From Chthonomonadales bacterium (GTDB lineage: Bacteria; Armatimonadota; Chthonomonadetes; Chthonomonadales; CAJBBX01): DNA of 64,000 nt. Under the pieces are notes generated by a model, which did not search any database, had not been told where the DNA came from, and worked only from the letters and a program-made list of their open reading frames with translations. The stretch is taken from the NCBI GenBank assembly GCA_049967475.1, contig JBMFSQ010000007.1, forward strand, positions 64,001-128,000, written 5' to 3'. Shown here one piece after another: positions 1 to 9,758 of this stretch (the first letter of the stretch is position 1; each line of letters begins with the position of its first letter). Position numbers and translations under genes: made by a program.

Positions 1-3000
1 GCGGTGGTGAATGGGCAGAGCGTGTCCCAGGCGGTCCTTACGCTTACCAACGTGCACCCTACCACGGACGGCAGCACCGATCCGAACAAGGACCCGTCTG
101 GGGATGCGCTGAACAACCGGGTTGTGGTGGCGGATGCCATCCAGATTGTTCCCGACACCGCACCTGCCAACAGCGTCGTGGCGGCGCCTCTCATAGCCAA
201 CGTGACCTGGCCCTCCGGCACGCAGCGGCAGGTGGTGTACTTTGCCACAACGGACGGGCATGTGTGGGCACTGGATGCCGGCGGAGTGGCCAACACCACC
301 CTCACGACGGTGTACTGGGTGTACCCTTCTGTGGACAACCCTGACCCCGCTGTCCGGAACCAGCTACCCAATCCTGGGCAATACGTGGCTCCGGACAAGG
401 ATCCCAATTACTTGCCGGATCCTACTTCGGACCGACCCCAGCAGGGGATTGACGGCGACCTGGAGCCGAAGGCCGGCTCCACGGGAAAGGTGATCAACCA
501 GACCACCAAAGCCCCGGATCTCGGCCCGTTCACGTCTTCACCGCTCTACGTGGAAGTACTCAAAGGGAATACCCGGCTGCGCCTCATCGTCATCGGCAAC
601 TCCAACGGACGCATCTATGCGCTGGATGCGGCAGGTCGCACGAACCAGGATCCCAATATCGGGCCGGTAAACGAGCCCTTCCCCGCAACCTTCGCCGCGG
701 CCCCCAACAACCCGGGGATACCGGGCACGACGCGGCGCCTGATGACCTGGCCTACCCTGGGGCGCGACGTTTGGCTGCAGAAGGGCGGGCTCCTACTCGG
801 CCAGCCTGATCCGAAGAATTGGCCCTTACAGTATCCCGATCAACCTTCCAAGGGGAGCTTCACCGCATCCCTCACGGCTGCTGTGGACAACAACGGTTCC
901 ACTGCCTTGGTGATTGCACCTGCAGCGGAAAGCAGCAACCATGGGCACGTGTATGCCGTGGACCTACAGAGCCTGGATCCTTCGGTGCGCATCTCCAATC
1001 CCAATAATAACAGTTCGCCGGTGTGGCAGTACCCGGGACCGCAGACCGCTTTGGATCCGATTACCTATCCCGGCGCCCTTACGCCCCAAGGCAAGTTCAT
1101 CTTTTCGTCCTTTGGTCCCAATGGAGGGCGGGTTTACGCCATAGACACGGCGTCCCTTACCAATGGAGTGCCCACCCTGAAATGGGTGTATCCCTTTACA
1201 TCCACGCCGCCTGGTCAGCCGAACCCTGGGGACCAATCTGGGGATACGACGCCGTTTACCGCTCCGGTTTGGGTGAGCCAGGTGACGCCGGCATTCAACA
1301 ACGGCAACGAGGTTGTATTCGTAGCCAACACGGACGGCACCCTCTACGCCCTCGATGCGACCCAAACGGGCGGAGCGGCTCCTGCGGTTCTGTGGCAGAG
1401 CCTTCCCCAGGGCACCACGCGGGCGTCGGCGGTATACATTCCGGGGTGGGTGCCTCAGGTTCGGCCGGGCGTTCCCCAGACACAGCCGGTGCCGGCCCTC
1501 ATCCAGCCCTATGACACGGGCATCATCAGCGCCTTCGATGCTACTACGGGCCGCCTCGTGTGGACGTATCCGGATGGGGCTATCGGCTCGGTTCCGCTGC
1601 AATTGGGTCCGCAGAACGGCCCCTACAACGCCCAGCAGTTTGCTACCGGGAACGTATGGCGCGGGGCCGATGCGACGCTGGCCAATAACTGGATGTACGA
1701 GGGAACCGAAGGGAACCAGGATGCAGGCGAAATCTTCGGGCAGATGCGGGCCTACTGGAATGCCAGTGTAGGCACGGTGACGCCCGGCGAGCCTGGGGTG
1801 AACCCCGAGCAGAACCAGGTGGACATTCGGTTGGTGAACCTGTGGAACGGCGCCAACGATAACCCCACCGGGCCCTTTGACGACTTTGGCGCTACGAACA
1901 ATGCCAAATCTCCCGCCAACGAATGGGCAAACGCAAGACCGAGCACGCAAGGGAACGTGACCATCTATGAATGGGGAGACAGCATCAAGGTAGCAGCCTG
2001 GGGTGCCTACACGGGAAGTGTGCTGCCGCAGGTTACCTTCCGGCTATCGAGCGGGACACAGAATGTGCAGCAGCAGGTTATGGCGGTTCCGGACACGGCC
2101 TTCGTGCAGAATGTAACCATCAACGGCCAGGCTGCCGCTCCTTGGGTTGCCAAGACCGTGTTTCAGCTTGGCAGAGGCTCCCAGGTGATGGCTCAAACCC
2201 CGGGGCGCAAGTACGAGGTGTTTGCCCAAGCTCAAATCAACTCCGGCGGGTCTATCTTCACCACATACCAGCTTGCCGCGGGGCAGAGCCTGCAGCCGTT
2301 CTCACCCGAGCCGCCCATAACCAACGGCCCCGATGACGCGGGCAAACCTAGGGTGGTGGTCGTGGCCAACCCGCTGGCTCTCAGTACTCGGGGCGCCCCG
2401 GCGAATCTGGGGGTAGGCCCAGGCTTCCTTAACGCTATAGGCTGGTCGAATAATACGCCGCCCGATAATGTGCAGGGCGATATCTCGGAGTTCATCGAGA
2501 ACGGCAACCGCCTCGGCACGCTGGACAACCAGGGTAACATCACGCCCGGCAATTTCAAAGATATCGCTGCTCCAGTAGGTGCGCTTGGCCACGGCACATC
2601 CGGGATGTATATGGGCGTAGACGACAACGGCAATGCGGTGCCGGCTCTGTTCGCTGCAGATCGAAGCAACCTGTTCAAGCTCAAGCAACCCCTGCTCCTT
2701 CGGGCAGAGGCGCGGGACCTGGAGTGGTTCTGGAACCTGGCCGACGGCAACAGCGTGCACCAGGCCACCGGCAATGTGATGAACCCGCTCCCATGGGAAG
2801 TGTTCCCCAACACGATCCCCAACACTTCGCCGGACTACCCAAACATAGACCGGTCCAAGCTGGTGATCCGCGGCAACGGCATTGACCTCTCCAAGAACGC
2901 CTTGGCGCTGCCCAACGCAACGGTGAGCGGCGGAAACAAGATCCTGAGCCCGATGCGATTGGATCTTCAGGTTGATGTACCCAAGTACCAGCCGGCGAAT

Positions 3001-6000
3001 GTGAATACCGCCTATTACGATATAAACACCACCCGCTCCGGTTCGGTGCTCAACCCTAGGAAGCTGGTGGCGCCGCTCAAAATCAGCACTGGGACGGACG
3101 TTTCGGGGGATCCCAACCTCAAGAGGCTCATGCAGCCCAGCGCAGGGTACGTGGCCCCCGTGCTTGTGTACGTGGACAGCAACAACAACGGGCGCTTCGA
3201 CGGCACGACCAATACGGGCAGCACGGTTCAGGCTGGCGGATCGGCAGTGCAGGAAGTGTTCCGTCAGATGAACGTTGGGGTGTGCGTGCTCCCTGACCTT
3301 CGCATGCGCACCGAGGAAGCCACCCTGGACGTTGGGAAGGCGCCGCATTCCCTGGGATACTCCCCTGTGCTTCCCTTTGGGCCAAGCCAAGTGGGACCGT
3401 GGTCCGGCCTCGTGTCGCCCTTCGATGATCCTAATGGGCATACCTATTTCGTACCCTTCACGGTAAAGAACGAAGGCAATGTGAACCTGGTGAACCTGCG
3501 GGTGGCGAAGATTGCTGCGCCCGCAGGCGCCGATGTAACCAACCCGGCCTTTTGGGCGCAGTTGGCGAGCGACCAGGTAGAACCCTCCACAGGGGTTGGA
3601 GCCATTTCGGCGGTGCCGTTCTTCCCGCTCTCCGGCCAGGGAGGCACAGGCAACATAGGCATCGTGAGCGTACTGGATCATTCCCGCGGACCCAATCCTC
3701 AGTTCGAGATTGATTACACCAGTGCATTCGGCAAACCCAACTTCTGGCCTGTGCCCGATGCCTATGTTTCGGCGTCCAATCCCCTGGCAACTGCCGGTGC
3801 GCCCGATGTGCCCGCTCCATACGCAGCCGGAGCGCTGCCTCAACCCACCCTCCACAAGCCGCGTCCAGGGGACCCCGGTCCTACGGTACTGTCTGTTCCG
3901 GACGTTGCATACGGGGATCCGAACAACCTCTTGGGACCGTTGGGTTCTGCGGCTCGGCCTAAGGTTGGGGTGGCCATACCCCTGGGAACGCCGGCAGGCA
4001 CCTACTCGGCGCCGATCTATGTGTTTGAGGATTGGATGCCCATTCAGTGGCGGCAATGGTTGGCGGCGTACTATGGCAGTGACCCATACGCCGGTTACGG
4101 AAACGATGGCATCCTCGAGACACAGGCCGGCGCCTCTCAACCTCTAGAGGCTGTGGTGAACCCGGCGTTTACGCTGAAGGTAACGGTGAAGGAGGCGCGC
4201 CTCACGAATTCTCCGGCGGCGGCCTTAGGGAATACCTACCTGCAATCGGATGGCGGATACCCGATGATTGATGTGCGGGTGCCTGGGCTCTGGCCGAACA
4301 ATCCCGCAGCCAATGCCTTTGGGGCGAATGTGCAGGCTGCGGCCTTAAGGGACTGGGTTACCGGGAATATCCTTTTGGTATGGGCCAGCAACCGGCTTCC
4401 CGGCAACGCGCCTGCGCCTACCGTTCCGGATTCTCCTTGGTATCTCAATTACAGTGTGCTGCGTGCTGTAACGAACCAGGTACCGGCGGTGCAGGCCACG
4501 CTCTTCGACTGGAAATTCGAGCCTGCAAATAAGGCGAGCTGGTGGAACCCGCTGGCCGCGGACCCGCGATACCCGGATGCCGGTACGCCGGTACAGAACC
4601 TCTTCCCGTCCGCGCCGGGCGACGTTCCGGCGGGCCGCACCTCGCCCGTGGTTCCGGGCCAGATCGTGGCGTCCACGGAGCGGCACGGCCTTCCTGCCTT
4701 AGCTGAAACTCCGCCGGGCTCTCAGGCTGCCGCGTGGCTCTTCTGGCAGGGTGCAGTGTACAAGACGTCGGGCTCCAACAGCTATACCCTGGACACACGG
4801 ACCTTCTACACCCCCGTGGATCCTGCAACGGGCGCCCCCCAAACGCCGGCAGGCGGTCCCTATTCCTTCCCCAACGACCCGCGGATGCCGAAGTTCGGCC
4901 CGAAGCCGCTGTTGCTGGGGCCCAATACGGCACTGCTCTTCTGGTACGGAGGCGATCAAGGCCGCACGCGCATCTTCTTCAATGCCAACGGCACCGACCT
5001 AACCAATCCCTCGCGGTGGAGCCGTGACGCAGCCCTGCCCACGCCGGGCTCTCTGGAGTGGGTAGCCAATCCGTCGCCGGTGTTGCGCAACATCAACGGT
5101 ACGCAGTACGTGGACCTGTACTATGCGGGAATGCTGGGATATCGCCGCCAGGCCGAGATTTTGATGACGCGGTATCGGGTGCAGCCCAACGGCAGCCTGG
5201 GTGTGGCTCCTCTCCCGAGAGTGGACAACGAACTGCTCGTGCGGGATGGCACCACTCAAACCTGGACGGCCCGCGGGTTGGCCTGGGTGTATCTGGATCC
5301 GGTGACACGAGGGTACGTAGACGCCAACGGGAACCCACCATACACGATTTGGGTGCAGAGAGCGGATGGAACGGTAATCAGTTTGCTCCAAGGGCGGCCG
5401 TCCTTCGACACGGCCACCGGACGCCTGTACTGGAATTCCGCCCTCGGGGGCCAGTTGGTGGTGGATCCTCAAGCCGGCACCATTACCTTCCCTGGCGTAG
5501 CGCCTGGCCCGGCAGACCGGGTCATCGCCAGCTATACTCCGCAGACTATGCGGATGACCGTAACGCACAACGACACCGGAGCCGAAGTAGGCCCCAATCC
5601 GCCGTCGGATAATGCGTTGGCGCTGCTTCCCTACGTGGCATCGCCGGGGAATAACGTAGCTCCGGTGGCGTTTCTGGACAACGCCTTGCAACCGCAGGTT
5701 CGGTGGGCCAACATCATCAACACCAACAACCCGGCGCAAATGCCTGTTACGCGGCTGTGGCTCCTCTACCAGAAGGAAGGTACGAATGCTGCAACCACGG
5801 CAGGCGTCTATTACAAAACCATGCGCCTGATGATCCGGCTGCCGCGCGGCGTAATCCGCGATCTCAACAATGGCGTGTATACCATCGGGAACCACGTGCG
5901 CATTGCCCCTGCTCCCAACGGTCCTGTAGAGGTGGACTGGGTCCGCGGGCGCCTGTACTTTACCGAGGCGGATGAGGGACGAGAGTTCTCCGTTGAATTC

Positions 6001-6279
6001 GACTATGCCCGCGATGCCAACGGCAATCCGGTTACATATCCGGCTACCACGTACCGCGTGGCGTGGCGGGATGAAGGTACCGTGGCCGCCCAGCCCGGCG
6101 ACCAGACGACGGGTGAGACGATCTTGCCTGCAGATGCCAGTGTGGACGAGGGCTCCATCAGCGCCTTCAAGGACCCGTTCCAAGACAAAGTGTGGGTCTT
6201 CTGGTCCAGCACACGCGCTGGGATCTCGGATCTGTACTTCCTCACCTTGAGCCCGCGGTTCTATCCTGTTACGCCGTAA
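1..6279 (+). CDS. Giant (>2090 aa, 5'-truncated by window) PQQ-like beta-propeller surface protein; PilY1-like position
   Basis: Open frame from the window edge. Repeated 'GHVWALDA/GRIYALDA/GHVYAVD/GTLYALDA...W.YP' PQQ-type blades, 'VVADAI' golvesin/Xly-CBD-like motif near the start, C-terminal 'WSSTRAGISDLY' PD40/TolB-like blade. Lies directly upstream of pilM. Confidence 0.75.
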   Translation, partial: AVVNGQSVSQAVLTLTNVHPTTDGSTDPNKDPSGDALNNRVVVADAIQIVPDTAPANSVVAAPLIANVTWPSGTQRQVVYFATTDGHVWALDAGGVANTTLTTVYWVYPSVDNPDPAVRNQLPNPGQYVAPDKDPNYLPDPTSDRPQQGIDGDLEPKAGSTGKVINQTTKAPDLGPFTSSPLYVEVLKGNTRLRLIVIGNSNGRIYALDAAGRTNQDPNIGPVNEPFPATFAAAPNNPGIPGTTRRLMTWPTLGRDVWLQKGGLLLGQPDPKNWPLQYPDQPSKGSFTASLTAAVDNNGSTALVIAPAAESSNHGHVYAVDLQSLDPSVRISNPNNNSSPVWQYPGPQTALDPITYPGALTPQGKFIFSSFGPNGGRVYAIDTASLTNGVPTLKWVYPFTSTPPGQPNPGDQSGDTTPFTAPVWVSQVTPAFNNGNEVVFVANTDGTLYALDATQTGGAAPAVLWQSLPQGTTRASAVYIPGWVPQVRPGVPQTQPVPALIQPYDTGIISAFDATTGRLVWTYPDGAIGSVPLQLGPQNGPYNAQQFATGNVWRGADATLANNWMYEGTEGNQDAGEIFGQMRAYWNASVGTVTPGEPGVNPEQNQVDIRLVNLWNGANDNPTGPFDDFGATNNAKSPANEWANARPSTQGNVTIYEWGDSIKVAAWGAYTGSVLPQVTFRLSSGTQNVQQQVMAVPDTAFVQNVTINGQAAAPWVAKTVFQLGRGSQVMAQTPGRKYEVFAQAQINSGGSIFTTYQLAAGQSLQPFSPEPPITNGPDDAGKPRVVVVANPLALSTRGAPANLGVGPGFLNAIGWSNNTPPDNVQGDISEFIENGNRLGTLDNQGNITPGNFKDIAAPVGALGHGTSGMYMGVDDNGNAVPALFAADRSNLFKLKQPLLLRAEARDLEWFWNLADGNSVHQATGNVMNPLPWEVFPNTIPNTSPDYPNIDRSKLVIRGNGIDLSKNALALPNATVSGGNKILSPMRLDLQVDVPKYQPANVNTAYYDINTTRSGSVLNPRKLVAPLKISTGTDVSGDPNLKRLMQPSAGYVAPVLVYVDSNNNGRFDGTTNTGSTVQAGGSAVQEVFRQMNVGVCVLPDLRMRTEEATLDVGKAPHSLGYSPVLPFGPSQVGPWSGLVSPFDDPNGHTYFVPFTVKNEGNVNLVNLRVAKIAAPAGADVTNPAFWAQLASDQVEPSTGVGAISAVPFFPLSGQGGTGNIGIVSVLDHSRGPNPQFEIDYTSAFGKPNFWPVPDAYVSASNPLATAGAPDVPAPYAAGALPQPTLHKPRPGDPGPTVLSVPDVAYGDPNNLLGPLGSAARPKVGVAIPLGTPAGTYSAPIYVFEDWMPIQWRQWLAAYYGSDPYAGYGNDGILETQAGASQPLEAVVNPAFTLKVTVKEARLTNSPAAALGNTYLQSDGGYPMIDVRVPGLWPNNPAANAFGANVQAAALRDWVTGNILLVWASNRLPGNAPAPTVPDSPWYLNYSVLRAVTNQVPAVQATLFDWKFEPANKASWWNPLAADPRYPDAGTPVQNLFPSAPGDVPAGRTSPVVPGQIVASTERHGLPALAETPPGSQAAAWLFWQGAVYKTSGSNSYTLDTRTFYTPVDPATGAPQTPAGGPYSFPNDPRMPKFGPKPLLLGPNTALLFWYGGDQGRTRIFFNANGTDLTNPSRWSRDAALPTPGSLEWVANPSPVLRNINGTQYVDLYYAGMLGYRRQAEILMTRYRVQPNGSLGVAPLPRVDNELLVRDGTTQTWTARGLAWVYLDPVTRGYVDANGNPPYTIWVQRADGTVISLLQGRPSFDTATGRLYWNSALGGQLVVDPQAGTITFPGVAPGPADRVIASYTPQTMRMTVTHNDTGAEVGPNPPSDNALALLPYVASPGNNVAPVAFLDNALQPQVRWANIINTNNPAQMPVTRLWLLYQKEGTNAATTAGVYYKTMRLMIRLPRGVIRDLNNGVYTIGNHVRIAPAPNGPVEVDWVRGRLYFTEADEGREFSVEFDYARDANGNPVTYPATTYRVAWRDEGTVAAQPGDQTTGETILPADASVDEGSISAFKDPFQDKVWVFWSSTRAGISDLYFLTLSPRFYPVTP

Positions 6280-6330
6280 TGAATTCCGGCAGGCGGGCAG
6301 GTTATTGAAGGTTGAATGGCGAATGATAAG

Positions 6331-6369
6331 GATGGCGCCCTGCGTAACGCGTGCAGGCAGGGCGCCGTC
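6331..6369 (+). terminator. GC-rich hairpin after the giant gene (possible terminator/processing stem, no U-tract)
   Basis: GATGGCGCCCTGC (6331-6343) pairs with GCAGGGCGCCGTC (6357-6369), one G-U pair. Confidence 0.45.
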
Positions 6370-6401
6370 TAATGGCAGCGAGCCGTAAAGCGCATGCGCG
6401 C

Positions 6402-6430
6402 TTGACACAGGCAGGCAAAGTTGCTACAAT
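6402..6430 (+). promoter_or_regulatory. Sigma70-type promoter for the pil operon
   Basis: TTGACA (6402-6407), 17 nt spacer, TACAAT (6425-6430), with extended -10 TG. Confidence 0.8.
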
Positions 6431-6547
6431 CAGGAGTAGTGGGCCGATCCATCTTCTCCGCAGACCACAGGCATCCCGGAGGGTTTTGTGCCTGATGGGC
6501 GGGTGCCTGAGGATCGTGGGCGCGTTTGAAGCGGGAGAACACTGAGA

Positions 6548-7876
6548 ATGGCAAAGTCGGGCGGGCCGACCGTAGGTCTGGACATCGGATCGAAGCACAT
6601 CAAGGTTGCTGAGTTGGTACCAGGGCGCAACGGGCCTACCCTCCGTGCGCTTGGGGTGGCGCCTACCCCCGCCGAGGCCGTGGAAAACAGCGTCATCGTA
6701 GATCCGCAGTTGCTGGGGCAGGCGGTAAAGAAGCTTCTCAAGGAATCCGGCATTTCTACCAAGAATTCCGTAAGCTCCCTTTCGGGCCAAACCGCTCTGG
6801 TGGTTCGCGTAATCGAGGTTCCCCGTATGTCGGAGTCGGAACTCGCCGAGACGATGAAGTGGGAGGTGGAACGGCACGTGCCGTTTGCGGCGAGTGAAGT
6901 GATCATGGACTTCCAGCCCATCGAGCGTGAGGACACCCCTGCAGACGCCCAGAATATGGAGGTTCTTCTGGCTGTGGCCCAGCAGGATATGGTGGACCGC
7001 CATGTGGAGATGCTCTTCGCGGCCGGGCTCTCTCCCTCCGCAATCGATGTGGAACCGTTGGCGGTGTCCAGGAGCCTCATCGAGCTGGGTCCCGATCCTT
7101 ACGGGCATCGGACGATTGCCATCATCAACATCGGCGCCTCCAATACCGATATCGGCATCTTCCGGGACGGCATTCTAGCGTTCCCGCGCACGCTGCCTCT
7201 TGCGGGGGACAGCCTCACGCGGGCCATTGCTGCTCAGATGGGGGTGACCGAGGATCAGGCCGAGGAGCTCAAGCTCAAGTACGGCGAAGTCATTATGGAT
7301 CAGCCGATCCAGCAGGCGGTTCCGCCGGCGGACGCCTTCCTAGACTTTGGTGCACAGCCCACGCAGGAAGAGGCTCAGCAGCCATCCGCTCCCATGCCCT
7401 TCGACTTTTCGACCGCTACTACGGAGCCGGCGCAACCGGCGGAGGCTCCTGCCTTCGACCTTGGGGAAGAGCCTGCCGAGAATGCGCCGGTTCCTGCGCC
7501 TGTGGCTCAGCATGACCCCACGACCCTGCAGATGTTCAGCGCCATGGCGCCTGTGCTGGGCGAGCTGCTTACGGAACTGCGGCGTTCCTTGGAATACTAC
7601 CGAGGGCGCACATCAGACGGGCAGATTGATGAGATCCTCCTGTGCGGCGGATCTTCGCGGCTGAAGGGTTTGGCCGAATTTCTTTCATCAGAGCTGCAGA
7701 TCCCGGCCCGCGTGGCGGATCCGCTCCAATACGTTACAGTGAATGCGCGGAACTTCTCGCAGGAATATCTCGCGGAACTCGCTCCCTCTCTGGCGGTAGC
7801 GATCGGATTGGCAGCGCGGGATATGGTTGCTGGACCCGTTCCTGCAGGGGGCGGGAAGCGCGGGAAGAAGAGGTAA
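6548..7876 (+). CDS. pilM: Type IV pilus assembly protein PilM (actin-like ATPase fold)
   Basis: 'VGLDIGSKHIKVAE', 'IDVEPLA', 'INIGASNT', 'LLCGGSSRLKGL...DPL', 'AVAIGLA'. Confidence 0.93.
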   Translation: MAKSGGPTVGLDIGSKHIKVAELVPGRNGPTLRALGVAPTPAEAVENSVIVDPQLLGQAVKKLLKESGISTKNSVSSLSGQTALVVRVIEVPRMSESELAETMKWEVERHVPFAASEVIMDFQPIEREDTPADAQNMEVLLAVAQQDMVDRHVEMLFAAGLSPSAIDVEPLAVSRSLIELGPDPYGHRTIAIINIGASNTDIGIFRDGILAFPRTLPLAGDSLTRAIAAQMGVTEDQAEELKLKYGEVIMDQPIQQAVPPADAFLDFGAQPTQEEAQQPSAPMPFDFSTATTEPAQPAEAPAFDLGEEPAENAPVPAPVAQHDPTTLQMFSAMAPVLGELLTELRRSLEYYRGRTSDGQIDEILLCGGSSRLKGLAEFLSSELQIPARVADPLQYVTVNARNFSQEYLAELAPSLAVAIGLAARDMVAGPVPAGGGKRGKKR

Positions 7877-7887
7877 GGAGGCTGGGA

Positions 7888-8862
7888 ATGCTCAGGATCA
7901 ACCTGCTGCCGCCGTACATTTACGAAGGCGCGAAACGGCGCAATGCGATCGTGCTTTGGAGCGTCATCGTTGCGCTGGTGATCGGCGGGGCCGTTTTCGG
8001 TAAGGTTCAGTTGGACAAAAAGGCGCAGCAGATCAAAGAAGACACGGCGGCCCTCCAGCCGCAGCAGGCTGAAGCGAAGCAGACGCAGGCCAAAGCCGAT
8101 GCAATCAACACCGAGATCGCCAGCCTCAAGGCGAAGGCCGACTTCGTGCGCGACGCCCTCCACTACGATGTGGACACCTATCCCACCCTCTTCAACAATG
8201 TTCGCGATTACACGATTTCGCGCGTGCTCTACAGCAGCGTGATCCCGGCGAACCAGACCATCACCTGTTCCGCATACGCTCCGAGCCTCGCAGATGTAGG
8301 CCACTATCTACTCGCAATGGAGCGTAATCCGAAGATCACCAACGTGAGCATCGCACTCAACACCATTCCTGCGTTTCCTGTGAGCAAAGCGGCCTCGAAC
8401 CAGCCTGCCGGCGGCATGATGGGGCCCATGACCGGGATGGAAATGCCCGGTATGGGCGGCTCCATGATGGGAGGAGCGCCGTTGATGGGCGGCATGCCCC
8501 CGATGGGTGGGAGCATGATGGGCGGTATGCCTCCAATGGGTGGAATGGGCGCAAGGATGCCCGGCTTCGGCGGCGGAGGGCAGCAAACGGCTTCCACACC
8601 GCGTCTGCCCGGAGGGATCGGTCACGACTTTACTGCCACCTTAACCCTGGTGAACCCCGTGCCGGCAGCGCCGGTATATCCCCCAGCCGGCGGTGGCGAG
8701 GCTGCAGGCGCGGCGGGAGGCTTGGGAGGAATGATGGGTCCGATGGGCGGCAGCGGCATGGGCGGAATGAGCATGCCCATGGGCGGTAGCGGAATGGGTG
8801 GAATGAGCATGCCCATGGGCGGAATGATGGGCGGGCGCGCCCGCGGAAGGAGGGCCCAGTAG
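7888..8862 (+). CDS. pilN: PilN-like protein with Gly/Met-rich insert and tail
   Basis: AGGAGG RBS; 'MLRINLLP' PilM-binding motif, TM helix, coiled coil; follows pilM. Confidence 0.85.
   Translation: MLRINLLPPYIYEGAKRRNAIVLWSVIVALVIGGAVFGKVQLDKKAQQIKEDTAALQPQQAEAKQTQAKADAINTEIASLKAKADFVRDALHYDVDTYPTLFNNVRDYTISRVLYSSVIPANQTITCSAYAPSLADVGHYLLAMERNPKITNVSIALNTIPAFPVSKAASNQPAGGMMGPMTGMEMPGMGGSMMGGAPLMGGMPPMGGSMMGGMPPMGGMGARMPGFGGGGQQTASTPRLPGGIGHDFTATLTLVNPVPAAPVYPPAGGGEAAGAAGGLGGMMGPMGGSGMGGMSMPMGGSGMGGMSMPMGGMMGGRARGRRAQ
8743..8823 (+). repeat. 36-bp tandem repeat (2 copies plus a partial) encoding MGGSGMGGMSMP
   Basis: Copies start at 8743, 8779 and 8815 and differ at synonymous positions. 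Confidence 0.85.
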
Positions 8863-8863
8863 C

Positions 8864-9733
8864 ATGTCGCGGCTTACACTGCTCCACATCCATCTGATTG
8901 GGTTGTTCGTCGCCATCGTTGTTGGGCTGGGCCTCTACTTTTTGGTGATCACGAAGGCGCAAGAACAGATCAAGACGAACCAACAGGAATACGAAGCCGT
9001 AAAGGCCGATGCCGACAAGCTGCCCGCTGCCAAGGCGGCTCTCAAGAAGGCCCAGGAAGACAAGGCCCGCACCGAACGGGACTACGCCTTCTACAACGCC
9101 AACTACATGCCGGTACTCGGCTATACCAACGATCGCGTTACCACTATGGCGCGCGTTTGGTGGCCGAACAACGGCAAATCATGGCCGGAGCGGTTTATCG
9201 CCGGTGTGCGACGCTTCATGGATGCGGAGCGTAAGAAGTATGGGGTGCAGTGGCTAAACCCCGAGGTGATTACCATGGGCCCCTTCGGCCCGGATCCTAA
9301 CAGCATAGACATGGGGGACGCCAACAACACGCTTAAGTTCGGTCCGTACGCCCTATCGGTGCAGGCCAAGAGCTATCCGTTGGTGATGGCCCACCTGAAG
9401 GATTGGACTTCTGTACGCGGGTTGGGCGTACCTACCGTGGAAGGTGTCACGCTCACGGGTACCAGCCCGAAGCTGATAGCGAGCTATGCCGTAACGTTCA
9501 CAGTGATCCTCAAAGAGAAGGTGCCGCCGACCGATCCTCGGGTTGGCGGTGCCGGCGGAGGACGCGGCGGCTTCGGCGCCATGGGCGGACCTGGCGGGAT
9601 GATGTTTGGTCCCGGCGGGCCGATGGGCGGCTCCATGATGGGAGGGAGCATGCCGATGATGGGGCAGCCCTCTTCCATGCCCGGGATGGGTCCTGGCGGC
9701 GGCAAGCGTGGCGGCGCGGCTGCTGTCGAATGA
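8864..9733 (+). CDS. PilO-like protein with Gly/Met-rich C-tail
   Basis: N-terminal TM helix, coiled coil, position after pilN; divergent sequence, so assigned by synteny. Confidence 0.65.
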   Translation: MSRLTLLHIHLIGLFVAIVVGLGLYFLVITKAQEQIKTNQQEYEAVKADADKLPAAKAALKKAQEDKARTERDYAFYNANYMPVLGYTNDRVTTMARVWWPNNGKSWPERFIAGVRRFMDAERKKYGVQWLNPEVITMGPFGPDPNSIDMGDANNTLKFGPYALSVQAKSYPLVMAHLKDWTSVRGLGVPTVEGVTLTGTSPKLIASYAVTFTVILKEKVPPTDPRVGGAGGGRGGFGAMGGPGGMMFGPGGPMGGSMMGGSMPMMGQPSSMPGMGPGGGKRGGAAAVE

Positions 9734-9758
9734 TGGTCCTCAGGGCGAAAGGGGTACT

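Noticed and set aside
964..6408. Long antisense ORFs (328, 612, 469 aa), and similar ones opposite the secretin (11583-13304) and galT (49585-50706)
   Set aside because: Typical high-GC shadow frames with no recognisable motifs, opposite well-supported genes.
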